Source: Thermoanaerobaculia bacterium | Lineage (GTDB): Bacteria > Acidobacteriota > Thermoanaerobaculia > Multivoradales > UBA5704 | DNA: 64,000 bases | Direction of reading: 5' to 3' | Assembly (NCBI GenBank): GCA_044226625.1 | Contig: JBGAGQ010000004.1 | Span: forward strand, 1-64,000 | Program-made: the position numbers and the translations under genes | Part shown: one piece after another, positions 27,917 through 37,255 of the stretch | Numbering within the stretch: the first letter of the stretch is position 1 | How the letters are laid out: every line of letters starts with the position of its first letter | The notes under the pieces: model-generated | The model's input: the letters and a program-made list of their open reading frames with translations, nothing else | Databases searched by the model: none | Told to the model about the DNA's origin: nothing

Positions 27917-28669
27917 CTACCACGGCCGCCGATCGCGGATCGACGCCCAACGCCCGGCGGCGCCGAGGATCAGGTGGTCGACCAGGCGCATCCCCATGAG
28001 GTCGGCCGCCTGCGCGAGGCGGCGGGTGAACTCGTAATCCTCCAGGCTCGGCGAGGGGTCGCCGCTGGGATGAGTGTGGAAGACCACGAACCCGGTGGCC
28101 CCGCGTAGCAGCGCCTCCTTGAGCACCTCGCGCGGCTCGACCGCCGCCCGATCGATCGTGCCGCGGTAGATCTCGCGCTCCCCGATCAGCCGGTTGCGTA
28201 GGTTCAGGAACAGGGCGCCCATCACCTCCTGGTCGCGCTCGCCGTAGCGCAGCTTCAGGTAGCGGACCACCTCGTCCGGCCGGGTTAGCGGCTCCTCGGG
28301 CAGTTGCTCGCGGGCGAGCCGGCGACCGATCTCGAGCGCGGCGAGCAGCGCCGCCGACTTCGCCGGGCCGACGCCGAGCCGGCGGATCTCATGGACGTCG
28401 ACGTTTTCGAGCCCCGCAAGGCCACCGTGCGCCTGGAGCAGCTCGCGCGCGAGGTCGAGCGCGGAAGCGCCCGAACGACCGGTGCGCAGCAGGACGGCGA
28501 TCAGTTCGGCGTCGGCGAGCGCGCGGCCTCCCTGCGCGAGCAGACGCTCGCGCGGCCGATCGTTTTCGGGAAGCTCGCGGATCAGGCTGGAGCCAGTCGA
28601 GGGGCGAGATCGGGAAGAAGGGTCGGGAAAGGCAGGGGGAGAATGAAGTGGGTCGGGATTCTGTTTCAT
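27917..28669 (-). CDS. radC: RadC (JAB/UPF0758) family protein
   Basis: RPRERLLAQG..LADAELIAVLLRTG, HTHPSGDPSPS, DHLILG; start MKQNPD at 28669. Confidence 0.93.
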   Translation of the reverse strand: MKQNPDPLHSPPAFPDPSSRSRPSTGSSLIRELPENDRPRERLLAQGGRALADAELIAVLLRTGRSGASALDLARELLQAHGGLAGLENVDVHEIRRLGVGPAKSAALLAALEIGRRLAREQLPEEPLTRPDEVVRYLKLRYGERDQEVMGALFLNLRNRLIGEREIYRGTIDRAAVEPREVLKEALLRGATGFVVFHTHPSGDPSPSLEDYEFTRRLAQAADLMGMRLVDHLILGAAGRWASIRDRRPW

Positions 28670-28766
28670 ACCCCCCGAGACGTAAGACGCCGTCTTCGAT
28701 CGCGATGGTCCCGATTCTTGCTGGAAGAATTCTGCTAAAAACTGCCGACCCTTGGAGGAGCCTCTC

Positions 28767-29660
28767 ATGTCTCACGCTTCGCAGAACTTCGGCCTGCTCG
28801 AAGAGGAGCACAGCCGCTACGAGACCGCCCGCGCGGTCGTCATGCCCGTACCGTTCGAGCGCACCACGTCGTACGGCAAGGGCACCGTTCATGGGCCCGC
28901 GGCGATCGTCCGGGCGTCGCAATCGATGGAGCTGTGGGACGAAGAGCTCGGCGACGAGCCGTTCACGCAGGGCATCGCGACACTGCCGCCGTTCCATCCC
29001 GAGGCGTTCGGGATGAAGGAGGCGTTCGACGAGCTGGAGGCGGCCTGCCTACCCCATCTCGAGGCACGGAAGTTCCTGACCGTCCTCGGCGGCGAGCACT
29101 CGCTGTCGATCGCCCCGGTGCGGGCGACCCGGAAGGCCTGGGCCGGCGAAGGAGAAATCGGCGTCGTCCAATTCGACGCCCACTCCGACCTGCGCGAGGA
29201 GTTCGAGGGGACCCCCTACAGTCACGCGAGCGTGCTGCGACGCATTCACGAGGACGGGATTCCGTCGCTCGCCGTGGGCATCCGCTCGCTGTCGAGCCCC
29301 GAGGCCGAGCTGATCCGGGCGAAGAACCTCCCTGTCATCTGGGGGCATCAGCTCGACCGCGCCGAGGAAATGTTCCCGGAGATGCTCGCCACCCTCCCCG
29401 AGCGGATCTATCTTACCTTCGACATCGACTTCTTCGACCCGTCGCTGGTCCCCGCAACCGGCACTCCGGAGCCCGGCGGCGGCACCTGGTGGCCGACGCT
29501 CCGGCTGCTCCGCCAGCTGTTCAAGACCAAGAAGGTGGTCGCGATGGACCTCGTCGAGCTCGCACCGTTCGGGCCCCTTCCGGCGAGCGACTTCGTCGCG
29601 GCGAAGCTGGTCTACAAATGCCTGGGGTATTTGAAGGCCGCCGAGGAAGGACGACTGTAA
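28767..29660 (+). CDS. speB: Agmatinase (ureohydrolase)
   Basis: GGEHSLS, DAHSDLR, SHAS, TFDIDFFDP, TGTPEPGG; GGAGG RBS. Confidence 0.92.
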   Translation: MSHASQNFGLLEEEHSRYETARAVVMPVPFERTTSYGKGTVHGPAAIVRASQSMELWDEELGDEPFTQGIATLPPFHPEAFGMKEAFDELEAACLPHLEARKFLTVLGGEHSLSIAPVRATRKAWAGEGEIGVVQFDAHSDLREEFEGTPYSHASVLRRIHEDGIPSLAVGIRSLSSPEAELIRAKNLPVIWGHQLDRAEEMFPEMLATLPERIYLTFDIDFFDPSLVPATGTPEPGGGTWWPTLRLLRQLFKTKKVVAMDLVELAPFGPLPASDFVAAKLVYKCLGYLKAAEEGRL

Positions 29661-29707
29661 ATAAGGCAGGAAAGGCCGAGCGGCCGGGACGCGAGAGCGC
29701 GCGGGGC

Positions 29708-30484
29708 TCACCCGCAAAGCACGCTTCCGCCGTTCACGTTCAGCACCTCTCCCGTAACATGGCGGGCGAGCGGCGAAGCGAGGAAGAGGATCGGCCCGGC
29801 GATGTCGTCCGCCGTGGCGATTCTTCCGAGCGGAATGCCCGCGGCGGCTCTCGTTCCCTCGGCTCCGGAAAGCGCTTCCTCGGTCATGTCGGTCGTCACC
29901 CAACCGGGAGCGACGGCGTTCACCCGGATCCGCGGCGCGAGCTCGACCGCCCAGGATTTGGTCGCGGCAATCAAGCCCCCTTTGCTCGCGGCGTAGGCGC
30001 CGTAGCGCGATTCGCCGCGCTGGCCCGCGGTCGAGCTGACGTTGACGATCGAGGGATCCGGTGCGCCGCCGAATAGCGGCAATACCTCTCGAACGAGCAG
30101 GAACGTCGCCCGCAGATTGAGCGCCATCGTCCGGTCGAAATGGTGGAGGAATCCGGCGCCGTCGAGTTCCTCGAGCGCTCCTTCCTCCCAGATCCCGGCG
30201 TTGTTCACCAGGACGTCGAGACCGCCCCAGGCCTCGTGGACGAAATCGAGCAGCGCCGGGATCTCCTCCGGTTCCGCGAGGTCGGCTCCTCGGGCGAGAT
30301 GACGGAATCCCGCCGGGGCGGGAAGCTCGCCGAGCAGCCGCTCGGCGGCGTCGGCCCGGTCTCGGTAATGGAGGAGCACGGCAGCTCCCGCCTTCGCAAA
30401 ACCCAGGGCGCAGGCGGCGCCGATCCCCCGGCTCCCGCCGGTGATCAGCACCCTCCGTCCTTCGAGACCGAGGCCTAACCTCAT
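29708..30484 (-). CDS. Short-chain dehydrogenase/reductase, FabG-like
   Basis: TGGSRGIG, NNAG, YAASKGG, NAVAPGWV. Confidence 0.92.
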   Translation of the reverse strand: MRLGLGLEGRRVLITGGSRGIGAACALGFAKAGAAVLLHYRDRADAAERLLGELPAPAGFRHLARGADLAEPEEIPALLDFVHEAWGGLDVLVNNAGIWEEGALEELDGAGFLHHFDRTMALNLRATFLLVREVLPLFGGAPDPSIVNVSSTAGQRGESRYGAYAASKGGLIAATKSWAVELAPRIRVNAVAPGWVTTDMTEEALSGAEGTRAAAGIPLGRIATADDIAGPILFLASPLARHVTGEVLNVNGGSVLCG

Positions 30485-30491
30485 CGCAATT

Positions 30492-31679
30492 TTAGGCGAT
30501 CGACTCGATCACCATCGCGATGCCCTGGCCGCCGCCGATGCAGGCCGATGCGACGCCACGGCCGCCGCCGCGCCGTTTGAGCTCTTTGGCGAGGGTGATC
30601 AGGAGGCGCGTGCCCGACGCGCCGAGGGGATGGCCGAGCGCGATCGCACCGCCGTTGACGTTCAGCTTGTCGACGTCGAGGTCCAGGTCCTTGATCACCG
30701 CGAGGATCTGGCCAGCGAACGCCTCGTTGATCTCGATCAAGTCGAGGTCGGCGAGCGCCATCCCAGCCTTCCCGAGCGCCGCGCGGATCGCCGGGGCGGG
30801 ACCGATCCCCATGCGCGAGGGCTCGACGCCGACGACGCTCCAGGAGACGATGCGCGCGATCGGCGCCCAGCCGCGCTCCTTCGCCCGATCCTCCGTCGAC
30901 AGCAACATCATCGCCGCGCCGTCGACGATCCCCGAGGCGTTGCCGGCCGTGACGAAGCCGTCTTTGTCGAACGCGGTCGGCAGACCGGCGAGGTCCTCCA
31001 TCGTGGTCTCGGGACGCAGGTGGTCGTCGCGCTCGATCCGCTTCGCGCGCTTGCCCTTGCCCACTTCCATCGGCGCGACCTCCTCGGCGAGCCGGCCCGA
31101 GGCCCAGGCCTCCCCGGCGCGCTGCTGCGAGCGGATCGCGAACCCGTCCTGCTCCTCGCGCGAGATGGCGAAATCCTTCGCCAGGTTGTTGCTCGTCTGC
31201 GCCATGTAACAGCCGCAGAACGGATCGAGCAAAGAGGTCATGAGGAGGTCTTCGAGCTGCCCTTGGCCGAGCCGGAAGCCCTTCCGCGCGCCGCGGATCA
31301 CGTGCGGCGCCTGCGACATGTTCTCCATGCCGCCGACGAGGCACGTCGTGGCCTCGCCCGCGAGGACCGCGTGCGCGCCGGAGATCACCGACTGGATCCC
31401 CGAACCGCAGAGCCGGTTCACCGTGAGCGCTGGAGCCTCTTTCGCTACTCCCGACTTCAAGGCCACGTGCCGCGCACCGTAGATCGCGTCCGACGAGGTC
31501 TGGAGCGCGTTGCCCACGAACGTCTGCTCGATCTCGGCCGGAGCGATCCCCGTCCGTTCGAAGAGTGCCCGCGCGGCGTGCGCCGCGAGATCGATCGCGG
31601 TGACGTCGGCGAAATCGCCGTTGTACTCCAACATCGGGGTGCGAACCCCGTCGACTAGAACCAGATTGCGAATGTCCAT
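30492..31679 (-). CDS. Acetyl-CoA acetyltransferase (thiolase)
   Basis: NRLCGSG, NEAFA, GGAIALGHPLGASG, CIGGGQG; start MDIRNLV with GAGGAGG RBS. Confidence 0.95.
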   Translation of the reverse strand: MDIRNLVLVDGVRTPMLEYNGDFADVTAIDLAAHAARALFERTGIAPAEIEQTFVGNALQTSSDAIYGARHVALKSGVAKEAPALTVNRLCGSGIQSVISGAHAVLAGEATTCLVGGMENMSQAPHVIRGARKGFRLGQGQLEDLLMTSLLDPFCGCYMAQTSNNLAKDFAISREEQDGFAIRSQQRAGEAWASGRLAEEVAPMEVGKGKRAKRIERDDHLRPETTMEDLAGLPTAFDKDGFVTAGNASGIVDGAAMMLLSTEDRAKERGWAPIARIVSWSVVGVEPSRMGIGPAPAIRAALGKAGMALADLDLIEINEAFAGQILAVIKDLDLDVDKLNVNGGAIALGHPLGASGTRLLITLAKELKRRGGGRGVASACIGGGQGIAMVIESIA

Positions 31680-31787
31680 CGAGCCTCCTCGGACCGCTCG
31701 GATGATTGCTCTTTCGAGAGTTTTGCAGGGGTGAAACCTAGCCGGGGACGACACCCTCGACCCCGAACGCTTATCCTATTCGACGCC

Positions 31788-32396
31788 ATGCCTCCGCACC
31801 GCGCGCCGGCCGTCAAGCCCCGCCCACGCCTCGCCAGTCGGATCGACGAGGAAGGTTGGCTTGCCGGTGTCCGGCGGGTCCCCTCGCCGAACTTCGACGA
31901 ACGTCCTTCCGGTGCTCTCGTTCGCCTGCTGGTGATCCACGCGATCAGCCTGCCGCCTGGCGAGTTCGGCGGCGAGGCGGTCTTGGACTTCTTCACCAAC
32001 CGGCTCAACCCGGCCGGGCATTCCTTCTACGCGACGATCGCGACCCTCCGGGTCTCGGCCCATTTCTACATCCGGCGACGAGGAGAGCTCATCCAATTCG
32101 TCCCCTGCGCCCGGCGCGCCTGGCACGCGGGGGTCTCCGTCTGGCATGGCCTGCCCGCCTGCAACGACTTCTCCGTCGGCATCGAGCTCGAGGGGTGCGA
32201 CGAACGCCCGTTCACCGAGAAGCAGTACCTGCGCCTCGCGCGGCTCACCCGCATCCTCCAGGCGACGTATCCGATCGAGGACGTGGTAGGCCACTCCGAC
32301 ATCGCTCCGGGACGAAAGACCGACCCGGGGCCGTGCTTCGGTTGGGGGCGCTTGCGGGCGCTCCTTTCTAGGGCAGCAACTTCCCCGGGTTCATGA
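31788..32396 (+). CDS. ampD: 1,6-anhydro-N-acetylmuramyl-L-alanine amidase
   Basis: SPNFDERP, VIHAISLPPGEFG, VSAHF, RAWHAG, CNDFSVGIELEG, GHSDIAPGRKTDPG. Confidence 0.92.
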   Translation: MPPHRAPAVKPRPRLASRIDEEGWLAGVRRVPSPNFDERPSGALVRLLVIHAISLPPGEFGGEAVLDFFTNRLNPAGHSFYATIATLRVSAHFYIRRRGELIQFVPCARRAWHAGVSVWHGLPACNDFSVGIELEGCDERPFTEKQYLRLARLTRILQATYPIEDVVGHSDIAPGRKTDPGPCFGWGRLRALLSRAATSPGS

Positions 32397-33756
32397 TCCC
32401 GTTCGGATCGAACGCCTTCTTGATCTCCCGCATCGCCGCGATCTCCGCCGCGCTCCGGCTGTGGTGGAGCACTTTCCGCTTGAGCAGGCCGACGCCGTGC
32501 TCCGCCGAGACGCTGCCGCCGAAGCGGTCGACGAGCGCGGACATCCGCTCGGTCATCCGATCGCAATGGGCGAGGAACTCCTCCCGGGAGACGCCGTCGG
32601 GCGCGAGCACGTTCAGGTGGAGGTTGCCGTCGCCCATGTGGCCGTACCAAAGAACCTCCCAGCCAGGATAGCTCGCCCGGACGAGATCGTCCGCGGCGGC
32701 GAGGAACTCGGGCAGCGCCGAGATCACCACGGACAGGTCGTTCTTGTAGGGCAGGCGGGGAGCGATCGACTCGGAGATCGACTCGCGCAGCTGCCAAAGC
32801 CTCCGGCATTCCCCCTCGTCGGTCGCCACGACGACGTCGCCCACCTCGCCCGATGTGAGCTTCTCTTCGAGCACGGCGAGGACGGCCGGCTCGGCCGCCG
32901 CGTCGACTTCGACCAAGGCATAGAAGGGATACCTTGCGGCGAGCGGCGCTTTGAGCTTTCGGGCGGCGAGCACCGCCGAGAGCGCGGTTTCGGAAAGGAA
33001 CTCGTACGCGGACGGTGGCGCGGCCCGCCGCAACGAACCGAACAGGTCGGAGAGCGGGCCGAACCCTTCAACTCCCGCAAGGAGCACGACGCGCGGACCG
33101 GGAGGCGGTACGAGCCTCAGAGTCGCTTCGACCACGATCCCGAGCGTTCCCTCGCTTCCAACGAAGAGGTGGCGTAGGTCGTAGCCCGTGGCGTTCTTGA
33201 CCAGCCCACGGTTCAGGTCGAGCAGTTCCCCCGCTCCCGTGACGACGCGGAGCCCCATCACCTGCTCGCGCATCGAGCCATAGCGCACGACCCGGACGCC
33301 GCCGGCGTTGGTCGCCACGGTGCCGCCGATCTGGGCGGAGCCCGCGGCGGCAAAGTCGATCGGGAAGAACAGCCCGCGCTCCCGGGCTTCCGCTTGGACG
33401 GCGGCGGTGACGACGCCCGCCTCGACCCGAAGCGTGCGATCGACCGGCGAGAACTCGAGAACTCGATTGAGATCCCGGAGGGAGACCACCAGCTCCCGTC
33501 GCGCCGCGACCGCGCCGCCGGAGAGGCCGGTGCGCCCTCCGGACGGAACGATCGGCAGCTGCCGCTCGTTGGCGAACCGGACCACCCGGACTATTTCCTC
33601 GACCGAGCGTGGAAACACCACCGCCAGAGGATCGGGAGGAAAGACCCGCGTCCAATCGGTACCGTAGACGGCGCGCGATTCCGGATCGTCGAGCACCCGT
33701 TCGGGTCCGAGGAGCGCGCGGAGGGCGGAGATCGTCTGGGATTCTCTGCCGGACAC
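32368..33756 (-). CDS. FAD-linked oxidase, D-2-hydroxyacid dehydrogenase/GlcD family
   Basis: PSGGRTGLSGG, ATNAGG, KNATGYDL, GSEGTLG, GHMGDGNLH, SAEHGVG. Confidence 0.92.
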   Translation of the reverse strand: MSGRESQTISALRALLGPERVLDDPESRAVYGTDWTRVFPPDPLAVVFPRSVEEIVRVVRFANERQLPIVPSGGRTGLSGGAVAARRELVVSLRDLNRVLEFSPVDRTLRVEAGVVTAAVQAEARERGLFFPIDFAAAGSAQIGGTVATNAGGVRVVRYGSMREQVMGLRVVTGAGELLDLNRGLVKNATGYDLRHLFVGSEGTLGIVVEATLRLVPPPGPRVVLLAGVEGFGPLSDLFGSLRRAAPPSAYEFLSETALSAVLAARKLKAPLAARYPFYALVEVDAAAEPAVLAVLEEKLTSGEVGDVVVATDEGECRRLWQLRESISESIAPRLPYKNDLSVVISALPEFLAAADDLVRASYPGWEVLWYGHMGDGNLHLNVLAPDGVSREEFLAHCDRMTERMSALVDRFGGSVSAEHGVGLLKRKVLHHSRSAAEIAAMREIKKAFDPNGIMNPGKLLP

Positions 33757-33783
33757 CGCGCGATCGTAACAGCGCCTCCGCCG

Positions 33784-35082
33784 CTAAGAGAGGTACTTCC
33801 TCCCGCGTGCCGCGGCGAGCAATTCCGACCGGAAATCGGGGTGGGCGATCGCGATCAGCGCCTCGGTCCGCTCGCGGATGTTCTTGCCCCAGAGGTCGGC
33901 TACCCCATACTCGGTCACCGCGAAATGGACGTCGCCGCGGCTCGTGACGACGCCGGTCCCTTCCTCGAACAGCGGCTGGATGCGCGAGACCGTTCCGCCC
34001 TTGGCGGTCGCGGGGAGCGCGATGATCGGGCGACCGCCGTGGCTGCGAGCCGCCCCGCGGATGAAGTCGACCTGGCCGCCGATGCCGGAGAAGAACTTGC
34101 CGCGGACCGTGTCGGCCGCGACCTGGCCGGTGAGGTCGATCGCAAGCGCCGAGTTAATCGCCACCATCCGATCGTTGCGCGCGATCTGCACGGGATCGTT
34201 GGTAAAACCGCTCGGCCGCATCTCGACCGCCGGATGGCCGTCCACCCAGTCGTAGAGCGCCCTCGATCCCATGACGAACGAGGTGACGATCTTTCCCGGG
34301 AGGAGGGTCTTCCGCCGCCCCGTGATCACCCCCGCATCGGCCAAGCGCATCACGCCGTCCGAGAACATCTCGGTATGGACGCCGAGATCGATCCGCTCGT
34401 CGAGCGAGGCGAGAACCGCGTCGGGAATCCGGCCGATCCCCATCTGAAGCGTCGCGCCGTCCGGGATCAGGCTCGCCACGTTCCTCCCGATCTCTCGGCA
34501 GACGTCGTCGAGCGGCTCGCTCCTGAGCTCGGGAAGGGGATCCTCGACGGGTACGAGGCGCGCGATCCGGGCGACCGGTAGGAACGAGTCACCGAGCGTC
34601 CGCGGCATGTTCGGGTTGACCTCGGCGAGGATCAGCTCCGCCGTGTCGACCGCGGCGCGGACCACGTCGACCGAGACGCCAAGGCTCACGAAACCGTGGC
34701 GGTCGGGCAACGAGACCTGGATCAACGCAGCGTCGATCTTCACCCGGCCGGAACGGATCAACGTCGGGATGTCGGACAGGAAGACCGGCATGAAGTCGGC
34801 CCGACCGGCCTGCACCGCCTCGCGGACGTTCGCGCCGATAAAGAACGCCGTGTGGCGGAACCGGCCTTCGAGACCCGGAGCCACGTACGGAGCGTGCCCG
34901 AGGGTCATGAGATGGACGACTTCGTTGCCTTCGAGGTGATGGCCGTCGTCGACCATCGCCGCGACCAGGCGCCCCGGCTCGGCGGCTCCCGAGCCGATCA
35001 AGATCCGCTGGTGGGGAGAGAGGAGGGAGATCGCCTCGGCCGGCGAAGCGATCTTCTGAGAGTAGCGCTGTTGCCAATCCAC
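33784..35082 (-). CDS. Acetyl-CoA hydrolase / 4-hydroxybutyrate CoA-transferase family protein
   Basis: LQMGIGRIPDAV, HTEMFSDG, SGIGGQVDF, VTEYGVA, IAHPDFR. Confidence 0.93.
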   Translation of the reverse strand: MDWQQRYSQKIASPAEAISLLSPHQRILIGSGAAEPGRLVAAMVDDGHHLEGNEVVHLMTLGHAPYVAPGLEGRFRHTAFFIGANVREAVQAGRADFMPVFLSDIPTLIRSGRVKIDAALIQVSLPDRHGFVSLGVSVDVVRAAVDTAELILAEVNPNMPRTLGDSFLPVARIARLVPVEDPLPELRSEPLDDVCREIGRNVASLIPDGATLQMGIGRIPDAVLASLDERIDLGVHTEMFSDGVMRLADAGVITGRRKTLLPGKIVTSFVMGSRALYDWVDGHPAVEMRPSGFTNDPVQIARNDRMVAINSALAIDLTGQVAADTVRGKFFSGIGGQVDFIRGAARSHGGRPIIALPATAKGGTVSRIQPLFEEGTGVVTSRGDVHFAVTEYGVADLWGKNIRERTEALIAIAHPDFRSELLAAARGRKYLS

Positions 35083-35091
35083 GGCCGGAGT

Positions 35092-36021
35092 TTATCCGAC
35101 CGTGGTGAGAACCCTAGGCCCGGAAGGCAGAGGAGAACCGGCCGCGGGCTCGATCGTGATGACGATCGCGCGCGTCCCGGCCGGCATCGACGCGGCGGAG
35201 AGCTCGACTTTTTCGCCCACGCGCGCCGTGAAGGTACCGCCCGAAACCGCCGTCGTCTCGCCCATGAACCAGAGCTGGTAGCCCTTCCCCACCTCGGCGG
35301 CCGGGAGCCCTGAGAGCGAGAGCACCCAATGGTTGTGATCGGCCGCGACGAACAGAATGCCGCTCGCGTTCGACGCGCTCGGCTGCCCAGTCGAAGCGAG
35401 CCGGTTTACCGAAACGCCCGGATCGGTCACCAGCGAGTACTTCTCCTCCATCTCGGTGAGCTTGCCGCTCGCCTGACGCAGGCTGGATACCTCCCGCTCG
35501 GCAGCCGCGAGCTTGACGTACAGCTCGGAGACCTTGTCGGACTGCTCGTCGAGGTTGCGTACCAGGAACAAGGACAGGCCGGCAAGCGAGAGCGCGAGGG
35601 TCGCCGCGAGCGCGAGCGGCCAGCGCGCGTGGCGCCGCATGGCGGCCCGCGTGGGAACCGGCGCGGGGGCCGCGAACGGCACGACCGTGGCCCGCCTCGG
35701 CGCAAGATCCGTCGCCGCCTCGACCGTCGGCGCCGGGCTCGGAACCACGCTCGCCACGACAGGGGCCGGAGTCGCGGCGGAAGCCTCAACCGAGGGCAGA
35801 TCGAGCTCCGCGGCGACCCGTTGCCAGACCCGGGCCGCAGGCGGTTCCGGGTCGAGGGCCGCGGGGAGGAGACCCAGAACCTCGACGTAGAGCCGGCGCA
35901 AGGCGTCGTCGCCGGAGCCCGCCTCGGGCGTGTCGCCGGAGGCCAAAGCATCGATCGCGAGGAGGATAGCCCGCTCCTCGGGATCGGCCGAATCGAGCAT
36001 CAGGTCGGTGTCGGTGTTCAC
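35092..36021 (-). CDS. Anti-sigma factor, RskA-like
   Basis: One TM segment, coiled coil and RskA-type C-terminus (YQLWF...ITIEPAAGSPLPSG); coupled (GTGA overlap) to the sigma gene. Confidence 0.88.
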   Translation of the reverse strand: MNTDTDLMLDSADPEERAILLAIDALASGDTPEAGSGDDALRRLYVEVLGLLPAALDPEPPAARVWQRVAAELDLPSVEASAATPAPVVASVVPSPAPTVEAATDLAPRRATVVPFAAPAPVPTRAAMRRHARWPLALAATLALSLAGLSLFLVRNLDEQSDKVSELYVKLAAAEREVSSLRQASGKLTEMEEKYSLVTDPGVSVNRLASTGQPSASNASGILFVAADHNHWVLSLSGLPAAEVGKGYQLWFMGETTAVSGGTFTARVGEKVELSAASMPAGTRAIVITIEPAAGSPLPSGPRVLTTVG

Positions 36022-36611
36022 AGAAGCTCTCGGATCTCTTGACGAAGATTTTTTCGCAGTTTTTTCATCGCGAGGAGGGTTCGGGTCTTCACCGTGCCCA
36101 GCGGAATACCGGTCCGCTCGGAGATCTCGCTCTGCGTCAGGCCGTCAAAAAAGGCCATTTCCAGGGCTTGTCGTTGCTCGGGGGGCAGGGCGAGAAGCTC
36201 GGACCGCACGCGTCCCTCTCTCTGTCGATCTAATACGGTTATCGCCCCCTCCGGGGATGTATACGCCTCACCCGATTCCTGATGTGCCGCGCTGTGGACC
36301 TTCTCGATCACTCGCCGATTGCGCAGCCGATCGATCGCGCGGCTGCGCATGATCAGCACCAGCCACGTCGCCACCGAAGATCGCTCCGGGTCGTACCGGA
36401 GATGCTCTTGCCAGACTCGAACGAACACCTCCTGTAGTACCTCCTCGGCGTCCTCGAGGTTGGCGAGGATCCGCTTGCCCAAGGCGAGGAGCACCGAAGC
36501 GTGGCGTCGATAGAGCTCTTCGAGCGCCTCCGGTTGACGCTCGCCGATTCGGCGCATCAATGCGGCGTCGGAAACCGGCGCAATAGCGGGTTCTGGGCTG
36601 GGAGCGGACAT
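36018..36611 (-). CDS. ECF sigma factor, SigK-like
   Basis: AEEVLQEVFVRVW, RSRAIDRLR, GLTQSEISERTGIPLGTVKTR; start MSAPSP at 36611. Confidence 0.92.
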   Translation of the reverse strand: MSAPSPEPAIAPVSDAALMRRIGERQPEALEELYRRHASVLLALGKRILANLEDAEEVLQEVFVRVWQEHLRYDPERSSVATWLVLIMRSRAIDRLRNRRVIEKVHSAAHQESGEAYTSPEGAITVLDRQREGRVRSELLALPPEQRQALEMAFFDGLTQSEISERTGIPLGTVKTRTLLAMKKLRKNLRQEIRELL

Positions 36612-36856
36612 CGATTGCGGGGGTCGATCGGGTCTGGCTGGGTCCAGGCTGAGTCGATTTGCCTCGGTCGAGGCCAACAAGGGAAAACTCCTCTGAAGGA
36701 CCCTAGGATAGCATGCCACTCGACACTCCAGCGAAGGCGTCCCGAAGGCGAACGTTCGGCTTCCATGGCGTCGACGCTCCGGACGCGAGGCCGCTCCGCG
36801 GTCGCGCAAATGCCGGTCCTTTCCGGACTTCCATCGATAGAGAGCGAGCTCCACCC

Positions 36857-37255
36857 ATGATCGACGATTCCATTCGCCAACCGGCGATTCGCGTGCTGAT
36901 GATGCCCAAGGACACCAACGCCCTGGGGACCATTTTCGGCGGCATCATCCTGTCTTACATCGACCAGGCGGGAGCGGTCGAAGCGTATCGCTACGGCACC
37001 GGACGTCTGGTCACCGTGGCGATGCGTGAGGTGGTCTTCCACCAACCGGTCTTTGTCGGCGACCTGGTGTCGTTCTTCACCTACACCGAGCGATTGGGCC
37101 GGACGTCAATCACCGTTCGCGTAGTCGTCGAGGCGGAGCGCCAACGCGGCGAGCAGGCGCACGTGCGCGTCAAGGTCACCGAGGCCGAGGTCGTCTACGT
37201 CCATGTCGACGCCCAAGGGAAACCGGCGCCCATGGAACCCTCAAGCCCGGCATGA
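36857..37255 (+). CDS. Acyl-CoA thioesterase (YciA-like hotdog fold)
   Basis: MPKDTNALGTIFGG, DQAGA, PVFVGD, GRTSITV. Confidence 0.92.
   Translation: MIDDSIRQPAIRVLMMPKDTNALGTIFGGIILSYIDQAGAVEAYRYGTGRLVTVAMREVVFHQPVFVGDLVSFFTYTERLGRTSITVRVVVEAERQRGEQAHVRVKVTEAEVVYVHVDAQGKPAPMEPSSPA

Noticed and set aside
27917-28669. radC as a marker of a mobile element
   Set aside because: Full-length chromosomal-type RadC with an N-terminal HhH region among housekeeping genes; no integrase, transposase or att-like repeats seen.
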